This document shows positions 29,229 through 39,011 of a stretch of 64,000 bases of DNA, piece after piece. The position numbers were made by a program, and so were the translations under genes. The notes under the pieces were generated by a model, which was given only the letters and a program-made list of their open reading frames with translations, had not been told where the DNA came from and did not search any database. The stretch lies in NCBI GenBank assembly GCA_035276475.1, contig DATELQ010000048.1, positions 87 to 64,086 of the forward strand. Direction: 5' to 3'. The stretch comes from Thermoanaerobaculia bacterium. GTDB taxonomy: Bacteria > Acidobacteriota > Thermoanaerobaculia > Gp7-AA8. The stretch's first letter is position 1. Every line of letters starts with the position of its first letter.

Positions 29229-30460
29229 TCCGACTCCGTTATCTCATCCCCTTTGCCATCGCCGTCCTCTTCATCGGCGGCGCGTGGACCTTCCGCAACC
29301 AGCTCGCCGCCGACCGTCAGGGCGAGTGGGTGAACGTCTCGCGCGGCGACCTCGCCACCGGCGTCGACGTCACCGGCACGCTGGCATCGGCCGAGGCGGG
29401 GAGCTTCGGCCCGCCGCAGCTCGCCGACGTCTGGGACTACAAGATCGCGATGATGGCGCCCGAGGGCACCGAAGTCACGACCGGCCAGCCCATCCTCGGC
29501 TTCGACGTCAGCGAATTGCAGAAGCGCCTCGACGAAAAGAGCGCCGAGGCCGAGCAGGCGCGCAAAGAGATCGAGAAGCGCCGCGCCGACCTCCGCCTCA
29601 AGCGCGAGGACGAGCGGCTCAACCTCGCCGAGGCCCAGGCCAAGCTGCGCAAGACTGAGCTCAAACTCGAGACGCCCTCCGACATCATCGGCGTCAAAGA
29701 GCGGAAGCAAGTCGAGCTCGACTTCGCGTTGGCCAAGCGCGAAGTCGCGCAGATCGGCGCGCGCATCCACGACCTCGAGAGCGCCGCGGCCGCGGAGATC
29801 GCGCTGCTGGAGAGCAAGTTCCAGCGCGCCTCCGCCATCGTCGCCGAGACCAAGGACTCGATCAACAAGATGACCGTGCGCGCGCCGCGCGCCGGCACCG
29901 TCGTCTACTCGCAGAACTGGCGCGGCGAGAAGAAGAAGGTCGGCGACACCTGCTGGAAGGCCGAGCGGGTGATGGAGATCCCAGACCTGAAGCGGATGAT
30001 CGCCAAGGGCGACGTCGACGAGATCGACGCCGGCAAAGTTGCGGTCGGTCAGCGCGTGGCGCTGCGCCTCGATGCCCATCCCGACGACGAGATCCGCGGC
30101 ACGATCTCCAGCGCCGCGACGACGGTGCAGCTCCAGCAGAACACGCGCGATCCGCTGAAAGTGCTGAAGGTCGAGATCCGCCTCGACAAGAGCGATCCGG
30201 CGTCGATGCGCCCGGGGATGCGCTTCCAGGGAACGGTCGAGCTGGCGCGCTCCAAGAACGCCATCCTCGTCCCGCGCGAGGCGGTCTTCGTCTCGCCAAG
30301 CGGGGCCACCGCGGTCCGCCGCAGCGTCCTCGGCGTCGAGACGGTGACGCTGAAGGTCGGCAAGCAGAACGACAAGGTCGTGGAAGTGCTGGGCGGGCTG
30401 CGCGACGGCGACAAGGTGTTGATTCCGAAGAAGGCCGACGAGAAGGAGAAGTCTTCGTGA
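29225..30460 (+). CDS. HlyD/MFP-family periplasmic adaptor, TM-anchored (paralogue 2)
   Basis: ATGA overlap with the previous gene. N-terminal TM (YLIPFAIAVLFIGGAW), coiled coil, VRAPRAGTVVY. Confidence 0.8.
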   Translation: MIRLRYLIPFAIAVLFIGGAWTFRNQLAADRQGEWVNVSRGDLATGVDVTGTLASAEAGSFGPPQLADVWDYKIAMMAPEGTEVTTGQPILGFDVSELQKRLDEKSAEAEQARKEIEKRRADLRLKREDERLNLAEAQAKLRKTELKLETPSDIIGVKERKQVELDFALAKREVAQIGARIHDLESAAAAEIALLESKFQRASAIVAETKDSINKMTVRAPRAGTVVYSQNWRGEKKKVGDTCWKAERVMEIPDLKRMIAKGDVDEIDAGKVAVGQRVALRLDAHPDDEIRGTISSAATTVQLQQNTRDPLKVLKVEIRLDKSDPASMRPGMRFQGTVELARSKNAILVPREAVFVSPSGATAVRRSVLGVETVTLKVGKQNDKVVEVLGGLRDGDKVLIPKKADEKEKSS

Positions 30461-31644
30461 AGCGGATCGCGCTCGCGCTACTCCTTGCCGCCGGCTGCCA
30501 TCGCGCCGCCGACGTCCCGGTCTACAAAGTCGTGCCGACGCGCTTCGCGCGGCGCGTCACGTCCGAGGGGAACCTGAAGGCGAAGAATGCGGCGACTGTC
30601 AACGCGCCGCAGCAGGCGGATTTCGGGCCGCTGAAAGTCGCATGGATCGCCGCGGACGGCACGCTGCTGAAGAAGGGCGACCTCGTGGCGCGCTTCGACG
30701 CCACGGACTTCAACCTCCTCCTCCGCACCGGCAACGAGGACCTCGCCACCGCCGGCAACAAGCGGACGAAGACCGATGTCGACGCCAAGACGACGCGCAC
30801 GAACCTGCAGCGCGACGCCAAGCAGGCCGAGGCCGAGCTCCTGTCGGCGCGCATGTTCCGCTTCGACGACGCCGAGGTTTTCTCGCGCTACCAGCGCATC
30901 GAGTCGCAGGTCGACGAGCAGTTCGCCTCGGACAAAAAGACGCACGCGAACGCCGTCATGGGCGTGCGCGAGACGCTGTCCGCCGCCGACCTCGCCCTCA
31001 TTGAGATCGAGAAGAAGAAGGCGGACCTCAAAGTCCGCAACGCCAATCAGGGACTGAGCTCGCTGGAAGTGCGCTCGCCGTACGACGGCATCCTCGTGCT
31101 GCAGCGCGACTGGCGCGGCGACGTGCCGCGCGTCGGCTCGACGCTGTGGCGCGGCTCGCCGATCGGCGAGGTGCCCGACCTGCGCGAGATGAAGGCCGAG
31201 GTCTTCGTGCTCGAGGCCGACGCCGCCGGCATCGCCGTCGGGCAGAAGGCCACGCTCACCCTCGAGTCGCAGCCGGGCGTCGCGTACACCGGCAAGATCT
31301 CCCAGATCGACAAGCTGGCCCGGCCGCGCTTCCGCGGCGTGCCGGTGCAGTACTTCGGCGTCACCGTGCTCCTCGACAAGTCGGATCCGAACGTGATGAA
31401 GCCGGGCGCGCGCGTCAAAGCGGTGCTGCAGGTCGAGGACATCGCCAACGCCTTCTCGATCCCGCGGCAGTCGCTGTTCGAGAAGAACGGCAAGAAGGTC
31501 GTCTACGTCAAGCACGGCGCGAAGTTCGATCCGGTCGAGGTGACGATCCTGACCTCGACGCCGGGCCGCGTGGTGGTGACGAAGGGCGTAACGAAGGGCG
31601 ACGAGCTCGCGCTCGTGAACGTGAACAAAGATGATTCCCGCTGA
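30457..31644 (+). CDS. HlyD/MFP-family periplasmic adaptor, lipoprotein (paralogue 3)
   Basis: GTGA overlap with the previous gene. Lipobox LLLAAGC. Coiled coil, VRSPYDGILVL. Confidence 0.8.
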   Translation: MKRIALALLLAAGCHRAADVPVYKVVPTRFARRVTSEGNLKAKNAATVNAPQQADFGPLKVAWIAADGTLLKKGDLVARFDATDFNLLLRTGNEDLATAGNKRTKTDVDAKTTRTNLQRDAKQAEAELLSARMFRFDDAEVFSRYQRIESQVDEQFASDKKTHANAVMGVRETLSAADLALIEIEKKKADLKVRNANQGLSSLEVRSPYDGILVLQRDWRGDVPRVGSTLWRGSPIGEVPDLREMKAEVFVLEADAAGIAVGQKATLTLESQPGVAYTGKISQIDKLARPRFRGVPVQYFGVTVLLDKSDPNVMKPGARVKAVLQVEDIANAFSIPRQSLFEKNGKKVVYVKHGAKFDPVEVTILTSTPGRVVVTKGVTKGDELALVNVNKDDSR

Positions 31645-32827
31645 GATCTTCGCAACGGCAGTCGGCAATCTCGCCGCGCGCAAGCTGCGCACGGCGCTGA
31701 CGATGCTCGGCATGGTCTTCGGCGTCGGCGCGGTGATCGCGATGCTGTCGATCGGCGCCGGCGGCGAGCAGAAGGCGCTCGAAGCGATCGGCCGCCTCGG
31801 GCTGCAAAACGTCCTCGTCAAGGCGAAGGAAGTGAAGCCGGAGGACCGCCAGGAGCTGCGCAAGAAGTCGCTCGGCGTCTCGCTGCGCGACGGCGAAGCG
31901 ATCGCCGAGGCGGTGCCGAACGTGGAGCGCGTGCTGCCGCGCGTCGAGGTGAAGGCGTACAAGATCCTCGCGACCGGCGGCAAGGCCAAGGGGAAAGTCC
32001 TCGGGCTCTCCGCCGACTACGCCACCGTCGCCGACGTGCCGATCGCCGAGGGGCGCTTCTTCGATAAGCAGGACCAGGCCCAGCACGCGCAGGTCGCGGT
32101 CGTCGGGCCGTCGATCCGCCGCGATCTCTTCGGCTACGGCCCTGCGATCGGGAAGCTGGTGAAGATCAACGACGTCTGGCTCGAAGTGATCGGCACGCTG
32201 CGCGGCGACGGTATCGAGAAAGAGATCTGGATCCCGGTGTCGACGGCGATGCGCAAGTTCGATCGCGATCCGCTCGACGCGCCGGTGGACGAGCTGGTGG
32301 TGAAGGTGAAGGACGGCGTGTCGACGAAGGAGACGGCGGACCTGATCCGGCCGCTGCTCGACCGGCTGCACGGCGGCGCGGACGACTACGAGATCGTGAT
32401 CCCCGAGGCGCTTTTGGAGCAGCGGCGGCAGACGCAGCGGATCTTCAACATCGTCATGGGCTCGATCGCCGGGATCTCGCTCCTCGTCGGCGGCATCGGC
32501 ATCATGAACATCATGCTGGCCTCGGTGATGGAACGGACGCGCGAGATCGGCGTCCGGCGCGCCATCGGCGCGCGCCGCGTCGACATCCGCGCGCAGTTCG
32601 TGATCGAGTCGTTCGCCATCTCGCTGCTCGGCGGCGTGACGGGGGTGATCATCGGCATCTTGCTGGCGAAGATCGTCGCCGCGTACGCCGGCTGGCCGAC
32701 GGTGATCACGTTCACCTCGCTCATCGTCTCGACGGGAGTGTCGATGACGGTGGGGCTGGTGTCGGGGCTGTATCCGGCAACGCGGGCGGCGGAGTTGGAT
32801 CCGATCGAGGCGTTGCGGTACGAATGA
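31631..32827 (+). CDS. MacB/FtsX-type ABC transporter permease (no ATPase domain)
   Basis: N-terminal TM (LRTALTMLGMVFGVGAVIAML), large periplasmic domain, C-terminal FtsX triad with the conserved REIGVRRAIGA motif. Confidence 0.85.
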   Translation: MIPAEIFATAVGNLAARKLRTALTMLGMVFGVGAVIAMLSIGAGGEQKALEAIGRLGLQNVLVKAKEVKPEDRQELRKKSLGVSLRDGEAIAEAVPNVERVLPRVEVKAYKILATGGKAKGKVLGLSADYATVADVPIAEGRFFDKQDQAQHAQVAVVGPSIRRDLFGYGPAIGKLVKINDVWLEVIGTLRGDGIEKEIWIPVSTAMRKFDRDPLDAPVDELVVKVKDGVSTKETADLIRPLLDRLHGGADDYEIVIPEALLEQRRQTQRIFNIVMGSIAGISLLVGGIGIMNIMLASVMERTREIGVRRAIGARRVDIRAQFVIESFAISLLGGVTGVIIGILLAKIVAAYAGWPTVITFTSLIVSTGVSMTVGLVSGLYPATRAAELDPIEALRYE

Positions 32828-33252
32828 GCGTCGTCCGGACGCTCACGGCCGACGAGCTTGCGAGCTACGCCGGCGTCTATCGTACCGGCTCGGAATGGGT
32901 CGTGTATGGATGCGTCATGGCCGTGTTGGGCGTCATGTTTTTCGGTATCGTCATGACGACCGCGGCGCAACTGGCGCTGCCGCCGTGGCTTTCCATCGGT
33001 CTCGCGTCGGCAGCTGCAAGCGCGGCCATCGCCGCGATCGTCGTGCAGGCGCGATCGTTCACGGTGATCGACGCGGAGAGCATCCGCTACGAGTCGCCGC
33101 TTCGTTTCCTGAGCTGGTCCGTGCCATTGAAAGACATCGTTCGATGCGAAGTGATCTCCCGGCGCGCAAAGGAGCTGCGCATCGTGACGGCGACGCGCAC
33201 CCGCACGATCAACCTGACGTACGAGCAATGGGCTCTGTTGCGGTACGAGTAG
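32824..33252 (+). CDS. Small membrane protein (2 TM helices plus a PH-like soluble tail)
   Basis: ATGA overlap with the permease gene. Two hydrophobic helices followed by a beta-rich ~60 aa. Confidence 0.5.
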   Translation: MSVVRTLTADELASYAGVYRTGSEWVVYGCVMAVLGVMFFGIVMTTAAQLALPPWLSIGLASAAASAAIAAIVVQARSFTVIDAESIRYESPLRFLSWSVPLKDIVRCEVISRRAKELRIVTATRTRTINLTYEQWALLRYE

Positions 33253-33258
33253 GGTCGC

Positions 33259-33999
33259 TCACTTGATCCGCTGATACGTGTTCTGCAGCGAATCCTGCGT
33301 GATCGTGGCGGCGCCGTCGCTCTTGACCACGGTCTCGTGCTTAGGCGTCTCGACGACGTAGCTCCATCCGCACGGGAGGGTGAGCTTATTGGCGAGCTTG
33401 TCGAGTTGGCCGATCGTGAGCGTCGGATCGACGGTCCGCGAATACGACTGCATGATGTACGTGCGCGCGGGGCTCACGTTCGCGTCCACGAGCTTGTACA
33501 CCGGCCTGTTCGCGGCGTAGGTGTAGATGGTGTTGCGAGTGATGGTGGTCTCGGTGTACGGCCGTTGCGTGTGGCTGGCATACCAGGCTCCAGGAGGAAG
33601 CTCGGCCGTCGCGATCGGTTTCATCTCCAGGCCGTCGATCGACAGGGGAGTGCCCTTGGTGTCGATCGTGACCTCGTCCATCACCCAGGCGCGCGGGCCG
33701 TTCATGATCACTTCGTCGATCCGATACTCGCGGATGAGATTCTTCGGATCGATGGCTTCCCATTTCGCCGGCGGGCAATGGTTCAGAGAGGTCGTGTTGT
33801 AAACGCAGGCCTTTGCCTGCTGCCCGACGGCGTGCATCAACAGGATCTCGCAATAGCGATAGTCGCGCATGTCGGACATCGAGTTCGGAGTCTTGAGCGA
33901 CTCGATGTGGCAGGGCAGCGGTTTTCTCTTGGGCGAAGGGGCAGCGAGGGCGAGGAGAACCGCGAGCGCGAGGGACGGGTTGATCATGATGGAGGTCAT
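33259..33999 (-). CDS. Secreted hypothetical protein
   Basis: Signal peptide (MINPSLALAVLLALAAPSP). Four Cys residues. No recognised domain. Confidence 0.6.
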   Translation of the reverse strand: MTSIMINPSLALAVLLALAAPSPKRKPLPCHIESLKTPNSMSDMRDYRYCEILLMHAVGQQAKACVYNTTSLNHCPPAKWEAIDPKNLIREYRIDEVIMNGPRAWVMDEVTIDTKGTPLSIDGLEMKPIATAELPPGAWYASHTQRPYTETTITRNTIYTYAANRPVYKLVDANVSPARTYIMQSYSRTVDPTLTIGQLDKLANKLTLPCGWSYVVETPKHETVVKSDGAATITQDSLQNTYQRIK

Positions 34000-34034
34000 G
34001 ATATCCCTCCGTGGTGCCGCGGGTGGACGAATAC

Positions 34035-34109
34035 GTTGTTAGGTTCTTAGGTTCTTAGGTTTCGTTGCATGGCAAACTTAAGAACCTAACAACTTAACAA
34101 CCTAAGAAC
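34035..34109. promoter_or_regulatory. AT-rich imperfect palindrome built from GGTTCTTA-type units
   Basis: Left arm GTTGTTAGGTTCTTAGGTTCTTAGGTT. Right arm AACTTAAGAACCTAACAACTTAACAACCTAAGAAC. Lies in the divergent region between 33999 (minus) and 34114 (plus). Confidence 0.4.
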
Positions 34110-34113
34110 TCTC

Positions 34114-35370
34114 ATGGCCTCTCTCGGCTGGCGCCATCTCACTGAGGACGACAAGTCCACCATCGCCCGCGGCGTCCGCGACGGCGTCGCCTACGGCGGG
34201 CCCTTCCACGCCGAGATCTATCCCGCCGACCGCTGCAACATCGACTGCTTCTTCTGCTCGACCGCGGCGATCCGCGGGAACGACGAGCTGCCGCTGTCGC
34301 GCATCGAAGAGTTGATGGCGGAGCTGAAGGAGGCCGGTACGCGGTCGGTGCGGCTGGCCGGCGGCGGGGAGCCGCTCTTTCATCGCAAGACGAAGGACAT
34401 GCTGCGCGCGATCGCCGCGGCGAAGCTGCCGATCGAGAACATCACCACGAACGCGGTGCTCCTCGGCGACGAGGTCGCATCGATCCTCATCGACCGCTGC
34501 GACGAGATCACCGTCAGCCTGAACACGGCCGACCCGGAGTCGTACGCCTCGATGATGCAGACGCCGGCGCGCAACTTCGAGCGCGTGCTGCACAACGTCC
34601 GCAATCTCCTCGAGGAGCGCCGCCGCCAGAGCGCGAAGTCGCCGCTCATCGAGCTGCAGTTCCTCGTCTGGCGCGACAACTACAAGACGATCCCGCGCAT
34701 GTACGAGCTGGCCCGCGAGCTCGACGTCGACTCGATCATCTTCAACGGCCTTGGGTTTCTCCGTCCCGACCAGATGATGAGCGCGGAGCAGACGGCGGAG
34801 ATGATGCGGCTCTACGAAGAGGTCGTGCGCATCGACGAGTACCGCCGCATCGCCATCATCGACAGCTACGAGCAGGACATCCGCCCGCAGCTCGCGGAGA
34901 TGAACGCGCGCATTCAGGCGGAGCGCAACGCCCGCGGCACGTTCGGCCGGCTCGCGCACTTTGTCACGCGCCGCGACGTGCCGCTCGTGCAGAAGATCCA
35001 GCATCACCGCAAAGTGGCCAAGCTGCAGAAGATCGACCGCGAGCTGGCCGGCCTCGACGAGCCGTGCCTCATCGGCTGGCACTCGCTCGTCGTCCGCACG
35101 ACCGGGATGATCGCCCCCTGCTGCATCCTGCAGGCGAGCCCCCTCGGCAACATCTTCAAGGAGTCGGTGCGCGAGGTCTGGTACGGCGAGGGCTACGCGC
35201 GCTTCCGCAGCGAGCTGTCGCGGATCATCCGCGAGCGCGCCGCGTGGTCGCACGACGCGCAGGCGGACCGGACTGTGGTGCCGATGTGCGGGGGGAAGGC
35301 CGCGGAGATCTGTCCGATCAAGAGCTTCTACTACCGGACGGATGTGCCGTTCGTCCGCGCTATCCAATAA
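34114..35370 (+). CDS. Radical SAM protein with a C-terminal Cys-rich (SPASM/twitch-like) region
   Basis: CNIDCFFC (Cx3Cx2C) near the N-terminus and the GGGEPL glycine motif. C-terminal cysteines lie in GMIAPCC and PMCGGKAAEICP. Confidence 0.8.
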   Translation: MASLGWRHLTEDDKSTIARGVRDGVAYGGPFHAEIYPADRCNIDCFFCSTAAIRGNDELPLSRIEELMAELKEAGTRSVRLAGGGEPLFHRKTKDMLRAIAAAKLPIENITTNAVLLGDEVASILIDRCDEITVSLNTADPESYASMMQTPARNFERVLHNVRNLLEERRRQSAKSPLIELQFLVWRDNYKTIPRMYELARELDVDSIIFNGLGFLRPDQMMSAEQTAEMMRLYEEVVRIDEYRRIAIIDSYEQDIRPQLAEMNARIQAERNARGTFGRLAHFVTRRDVPLVQKIQHHRKVAKLQKIDRELAGLDEPCLIGWHSLVVRTTGMIAPCCILQASPLGNIFKESVREVWYGEGYARFRSELSRIIRERAAWSHDAQADRTVVPMCGGKAAEICPIKSFYYRTDVPFVRAIQ

Positions 35371-35383
35371 AATCGCGCGCGCT

Positions 35384-36697
35384 ATGCGCCGCCTGCTCTT
35401 TCTTCTCCTCTTCGTCGCCACGGCCGCATCGGCCGCGATCGCCCCGCTCAACTACCGCCACCGCACGCTCGCCAACGGCCTCGACTTCTACTCCGTCGAG
35501 GACCATTCCACGCCGGCGGTCGGCATCCAAATCACCTACCGCGTCGGCTCGAAGGACGATCCGCCGCACCGCAGCGGCTTCGCGCACCTCTTCGAGCATC
35601 TGATGTTCAAGTCGACCGCGCACATGAAGGCGGAGATGATTGACCGCCTCACCGAGGACGTCGGCGGCGAGAACAACGCCTCGACGGGCGACGACGTCAC
35701 GATCTATTACGAGACCGTGCCGTCGAACTACCTCCGCACCCTGCTGTGGGCCGAGGGCGACCGCATGGCGTCGCTCAACGTCGACGAGGCCAACTTCAAG
35801 TCGGAGCGCGAGGTCGTCAAGGAAGAGTTCCGCACCGGCGTGCTCGGGCCGCCGTACGGGTTGTTCTACTACTCGATCGACAAAGACTCGTACGCCAAGC
35901 ATCCGTACAAGCGGCCGACCATCGGATCCATCGAAGATCTGGATGCCGCCACGCTCGCCGACGTGCAGGCCTTCCACCGCACGTTCTACCGCCCCGACAA
36001 CGCCATACTCATCGTCTCCGGCGACTTCGATCCGAAGCAGCTCGACGCCTGGGTCGACGAGTACCTCGGCGCGATCCCGAAGCCGTCGACGCCGATCCCG
36101 CGCGTGACCGCGGCCGAGCCGCCGCGCGCGAAGGAGAAGCGCTTCGACGAGCATGGCCCGAACGTGCCGCTGCCGGCGATCGCGATTACCTGGCTGATCC
36201 CGCCGGCGGAGAACGCCGACGCTGAGCCGCTGACGATCGCCGAGGCGGTGCTCGGCAGCGGCGAGTCGTCGCGGCTGTACCAGTCGCTCATCTATCGCCA
36301 GCAGATCGCGCAGGACGTCAACGCCGACGCCGACCTCCGCATGAGCACGGGGCTCTTCGCCGTCACGGCGACGCTGGCCAGCGGCAAGACCACCGCCGCG
36401 GTCGAGAAGGCACTGCGCAGCGAAGTGAAGAAATTGATCGATGGCAACGTCACGGCGACGGAGCTGGAGAAGGCGAAGAACTTCGTCATCACCGCCGCGC
36501 TGCGCCGTCGGGAGACGACGCTCGGCAAGGGCTCGGCCGTGCGCGACGCTGTGATCTATCACCACGACGCCAGCTACGCGAACCGTGGCCTTGACCGCCT
36601 GCAGGCCGTCACCGCCGCGGACGTGCAGCGCGTGGCCAAGAAGTACCTGGCCGGGAAACCGGTCGTCATTACCTATACCGCCGGAGGTGCGAAGTGA
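35384..36697 (+). CDS. M16 (pitrilysin/insulinase) family zinc peptidase, active subunit
   Basis: Signal peptide. Inverted zinc motif HLFEH within GFAHLFEHLMFKST. Confidence 0.85.
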   Translation: MRRLLFLLLFVATAASAAIAPLNYRHRTLANGLDFYSVEDHSTPAVGIQITYRVGSKDDPPHRSGFAHLFEHLMFKSTAHMKAEMIDRLTEDVGGENNASTGDDVTIYYETVPSNYLRTLLWAEGDRMASLNVDEANFKSEREVVKEEFRTGVLGPPYGLFYYSIDKDSYAKHPYKRPTIGSIEDLDAATLADVQAFHRTFYRPDNAILIVSGDFDPKQLDAWVDEYLGAIPKPSTPIPRVTAAEPPRAKEKRFDEHGPNVPLPAIAITWLIPPAENADAEPLTIAEAVLGSGESSRLYQSLIYRQQIAQDVNADADLRMSTGLFAVTATLASGKTTAAVEKALRSEVKKLIDGNVTATELEKAKNFVITAALRRRETTLGKGSAVRDAVIYHHDASYANRGLDRLQAVTAADVQRVAKKYLAGKPVVITYTAGGAK

Positions 36698-38076
36698 AGG
36701 CGCTGCTGCTTGCACTGTTCGCAGTCGCACAGATCGAAACGACGCCGCCCCCGCCCGCGCCGCCGCGGCCGGTGCAGATCCCGAAGCCGTCGGAGACGAC
36801 GCTGCCGAACGGGCTGCGCGTGATCGTCGTGGAGAAGCACAGCGTGCCGCTCGTGGCCGCGCGCCTCCTGGTGCGGAGCGGCACGGAGGCCGATCCGGCC
36901 GAGCTCCCCGGCCTCGCCGACATGACGGCGACGCTCTTGACGAAGGGGACGAAGACGCGCAGCGCCGAGCAGATCGCCCGCGAAGTCGAGGCCCTCGGCG
37001 CGACGCTCGATAGCGGCGCGGGGTGGGACAGCTCCTTCGTCGCCGTGAGCGTGATGTCGTCGAAGCTGCCGAAGGCGATGGCCTACATGGCTGACGTCGT
37101 GCGCAATCCGACGTTCTCGAATGAGGAGCTCGAACGCGAGCGGCAGCAACTGCTCGACTCGATCCGCGTCGCGCTGAAGCAGCCGCGATCGCTGGCGCGG
37201 CGCGTGGCCGCGCAGGTCGTCTTCGGCGGCCTGACCTACAGCCGCATCGGCGCGACGCTGGAGTCGGCGCAGAGGATGAAGCGCGCGGACCTCGTCGCGT
37301 TCCACAAAAGCAACTACGAGCCGTACAACGCCATCCTCGTTCTCGCCGGCGACATCACGCCGGCCGCGGCGAAGAAACTCGCTGAGGAAAACTTCGGCTC
37401 GTGGAAGTCGGACCAGACCGGCGGGCACGGCTTCGTGCCCGGACAGTACCCCGGGCCGCGCGTCGTCGTCGTCGATCTGCCGAACGCGGGGCAGGCGGTG
37501 GTCGCCGTGTCGCGCCTCGGCCTGAAGCGCACCGACCCGCAGTACGTGCTCGCGCAGGTCGCGAACTCGGTCCTGGGCGGCGGCTACTCATCGCGCCTGA
37601 ACCTGGAGATCCGCGTGAAGCGCGGCCTCACGTACGGCGCCGGCAGCGGCTTCGATTTCCGCGCCCAGCAAGGACCGTTCACGGCGACGGTGCAGACGAA
37701 GAACGAGTCGGCCGCGGAGGTGGCGAAGCTGATCGTGCAGGAGATGGAGCGGATGGCCGCGGAGCCGGTTCCCGCGGACGAGCTGACGCCGCGCAAGGCG
37801 ACGCTCATCGGCCAGTTCGCGCGCTCGCTGGAGACGAACGCAGGGCTCGCGCGCCGCGTCGGCGAGCTGGCGGTCTATAACATCGACCTCGGCGAGATCG
37901 ACCGCTACATCCCCGCCGTCGAGTCGGTGACGGCCGCGCAGGTCGAGCAGTTCGCCAAGGAGCACCTCGGCGGCCAATCCTCGATCGTCATCGTCGGCGA
38001 CGCCAAGAAGATGCTCGACGCGGTGAAGAAGGAGTTTCCGCAGGCGGAGGTGTGGCGGGCCAGCGAGGTGAAGTAG
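36694..38076 (+). CDS. M16 family peptidase, non-catalytic subunit
   Basis: GTGA overlap with the upstream M16 gene. M16 fold layout, but HxxEH is absent at the equivalent position (LADMTATLLTKGT). Confidence 0.8.
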   Translation: MKALLLALFAVAQIETTPPPPAPPRPVQIPKPSETTLPNGLRVIVVEKHSVPLVAARLLVRSGTEADPAELPGLADMTATLLTKGTKTRSAEQIAREVEALGATLDSGAGWDSSFVAVSVMSSKLPKAMAYMADVVRNPTFSNEELERERQQLLDSIRVALKQPRSLARRVAAQVVFGGLTYSRIGATLESAQRMKRADLVAFHKSNYEPYNAILVLAGDITPAAAKKLAEENFGSWKSDQTGGHGFVPGQYPGPRVVVVDLPNAGQAVVAVSRLGLKRTDPQYVLAQVANSVLGGGYSSRLNLEIRVKRGLTYGAGSGFDFRAQQGPFTATVQTKNESAAEVAKLIVQEMERMAAEPVPADELTPRKATLIGQFARSLETNAGLARRVGELAVYNIDLGEIDRYIPAVESVTAAQVEQFAKEHLGGQSSIVIVGDAKKMLDAVKKEFPQAEVWRASEVK

Positions 38077-38090
38077 GGTAGGATTTTTCC

Positions 38091-39011
38091 ATGCGAAAAA
38101 TTCTGGTGGTCCTGGCCCTGCTCTCCGTCTGCTCGTCGAGCGCGTACGCCTGGAGCGCCGAGGGGCATCGCATCGTCTGCCGCATCGCCTACGACCAGCT
38201 CACCGCGGAGGAGCAGCACAAGGTCGACGCGCTGGTGAAGGGCTACAAGACGCCGCCCGACAACGACCTGCAGATCGAGAGTTACGCTGACGCGTGCGTC
38301 TTCCCCGACGTCGCGGCCGGCCGGGCCGAGAGAGAGAAGGTCGCGAGCAGCCCGTGGCTGCAGTACAAGCAATTCAAGCGGAAGCACTTCATCAACGTCG
38401 ACCGCGGCACGACCATGGTCACGGAGTCGGCGTGCCACGACGACTGCGTGCTGAGCGGCATCGCCTCGCAGGCGCAGCTCCTGAAGTCCGGCGCGACCGA
38501 GCAGGAGCGCGCCGAGGGGCTGATCTTCCTCGGGCACTTCGTCGGCGACGTCCACCAGCCGCTGCACGTCAGCTTCGAGAGCGACCAGGGCGGCAACCTC
38601 CTTCGCCCGATCACCGGCGGCTTCTATCCGATCCCGCCGAAGCGGGAAGGCCAGACCGAGGAGCCGCAGCTGAATCTGCACTCGGTGTGGGACGGCGCGA
38701 TCCTCCGCAAGGTCATCGCGGAGCCGGGGTGGAAGGCGTTCGCCGACGCGCTGTCGAAGAAGATCACGGCCGAGCAGAAGTCGACATGGGCGGCCGCGCC
38801 GCCGCTGGAGTGGGCGCAGGAGTCGTACGACATCACGACGTTGAAGGACATGCAGTACTGCAAGCGAGCGAACGGGCAGTGCGAGGCGTTCGGCAACGGC
38901 CGCGTGCTCGGCTCGGAGTACCAGCAGGAGTTTCTTCCGGTCGTCGAGACGCGGCTGCAGGAGGCCGGCGTGCGCTTAGCGGCGATGATTCACGAGGCGT
39001 TAGCGCACTAG
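38091..39011 (+). CDS. S1/P1-family nuclease, secreted
   Basis: Signal peptide followed by WSAEGHRIV (mature N-terminal Trp). HFVGDVHQPLH zinc-ligand motif. Confidence 0.85.
   Translation: MRKILVVLALLSVCSSSAYAWSAEGHRIVCRIAYDQLTAEEQHKVDALVKGYKTPPDNDLQIESYADACVFPDVAAGRAEREKVASSPWLQYKQFKRKHFINVDRGTTMVTESACHDDCVLSGIASQAQLLKSGATEQERAEGLIFLGHFVGDVHQPLHVSFESDQGGNLLRPITGGFYPIPPKREGQTEEPQLNLHSVWDGAILRKVIAEPGWKAFADALSKKITAEQKSTWAAAPPLEWAQESYDITTLKDMQYCKRANGQCEAFGNGRVLGSEYQQEFLPVVETRLQEAGVRLAAMIHEALAH

Noticed and set aside
34000-34113. Tiny ORFs (MISLRGAAGGRIRC, MANLRT) as RiPP precursors for the radical SAM enzyme
   Set aside because: They have no ribosome-binding site and lie inside the palindromic element. 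They show no Cys/Ser/Thr-rich core or leader-like features.
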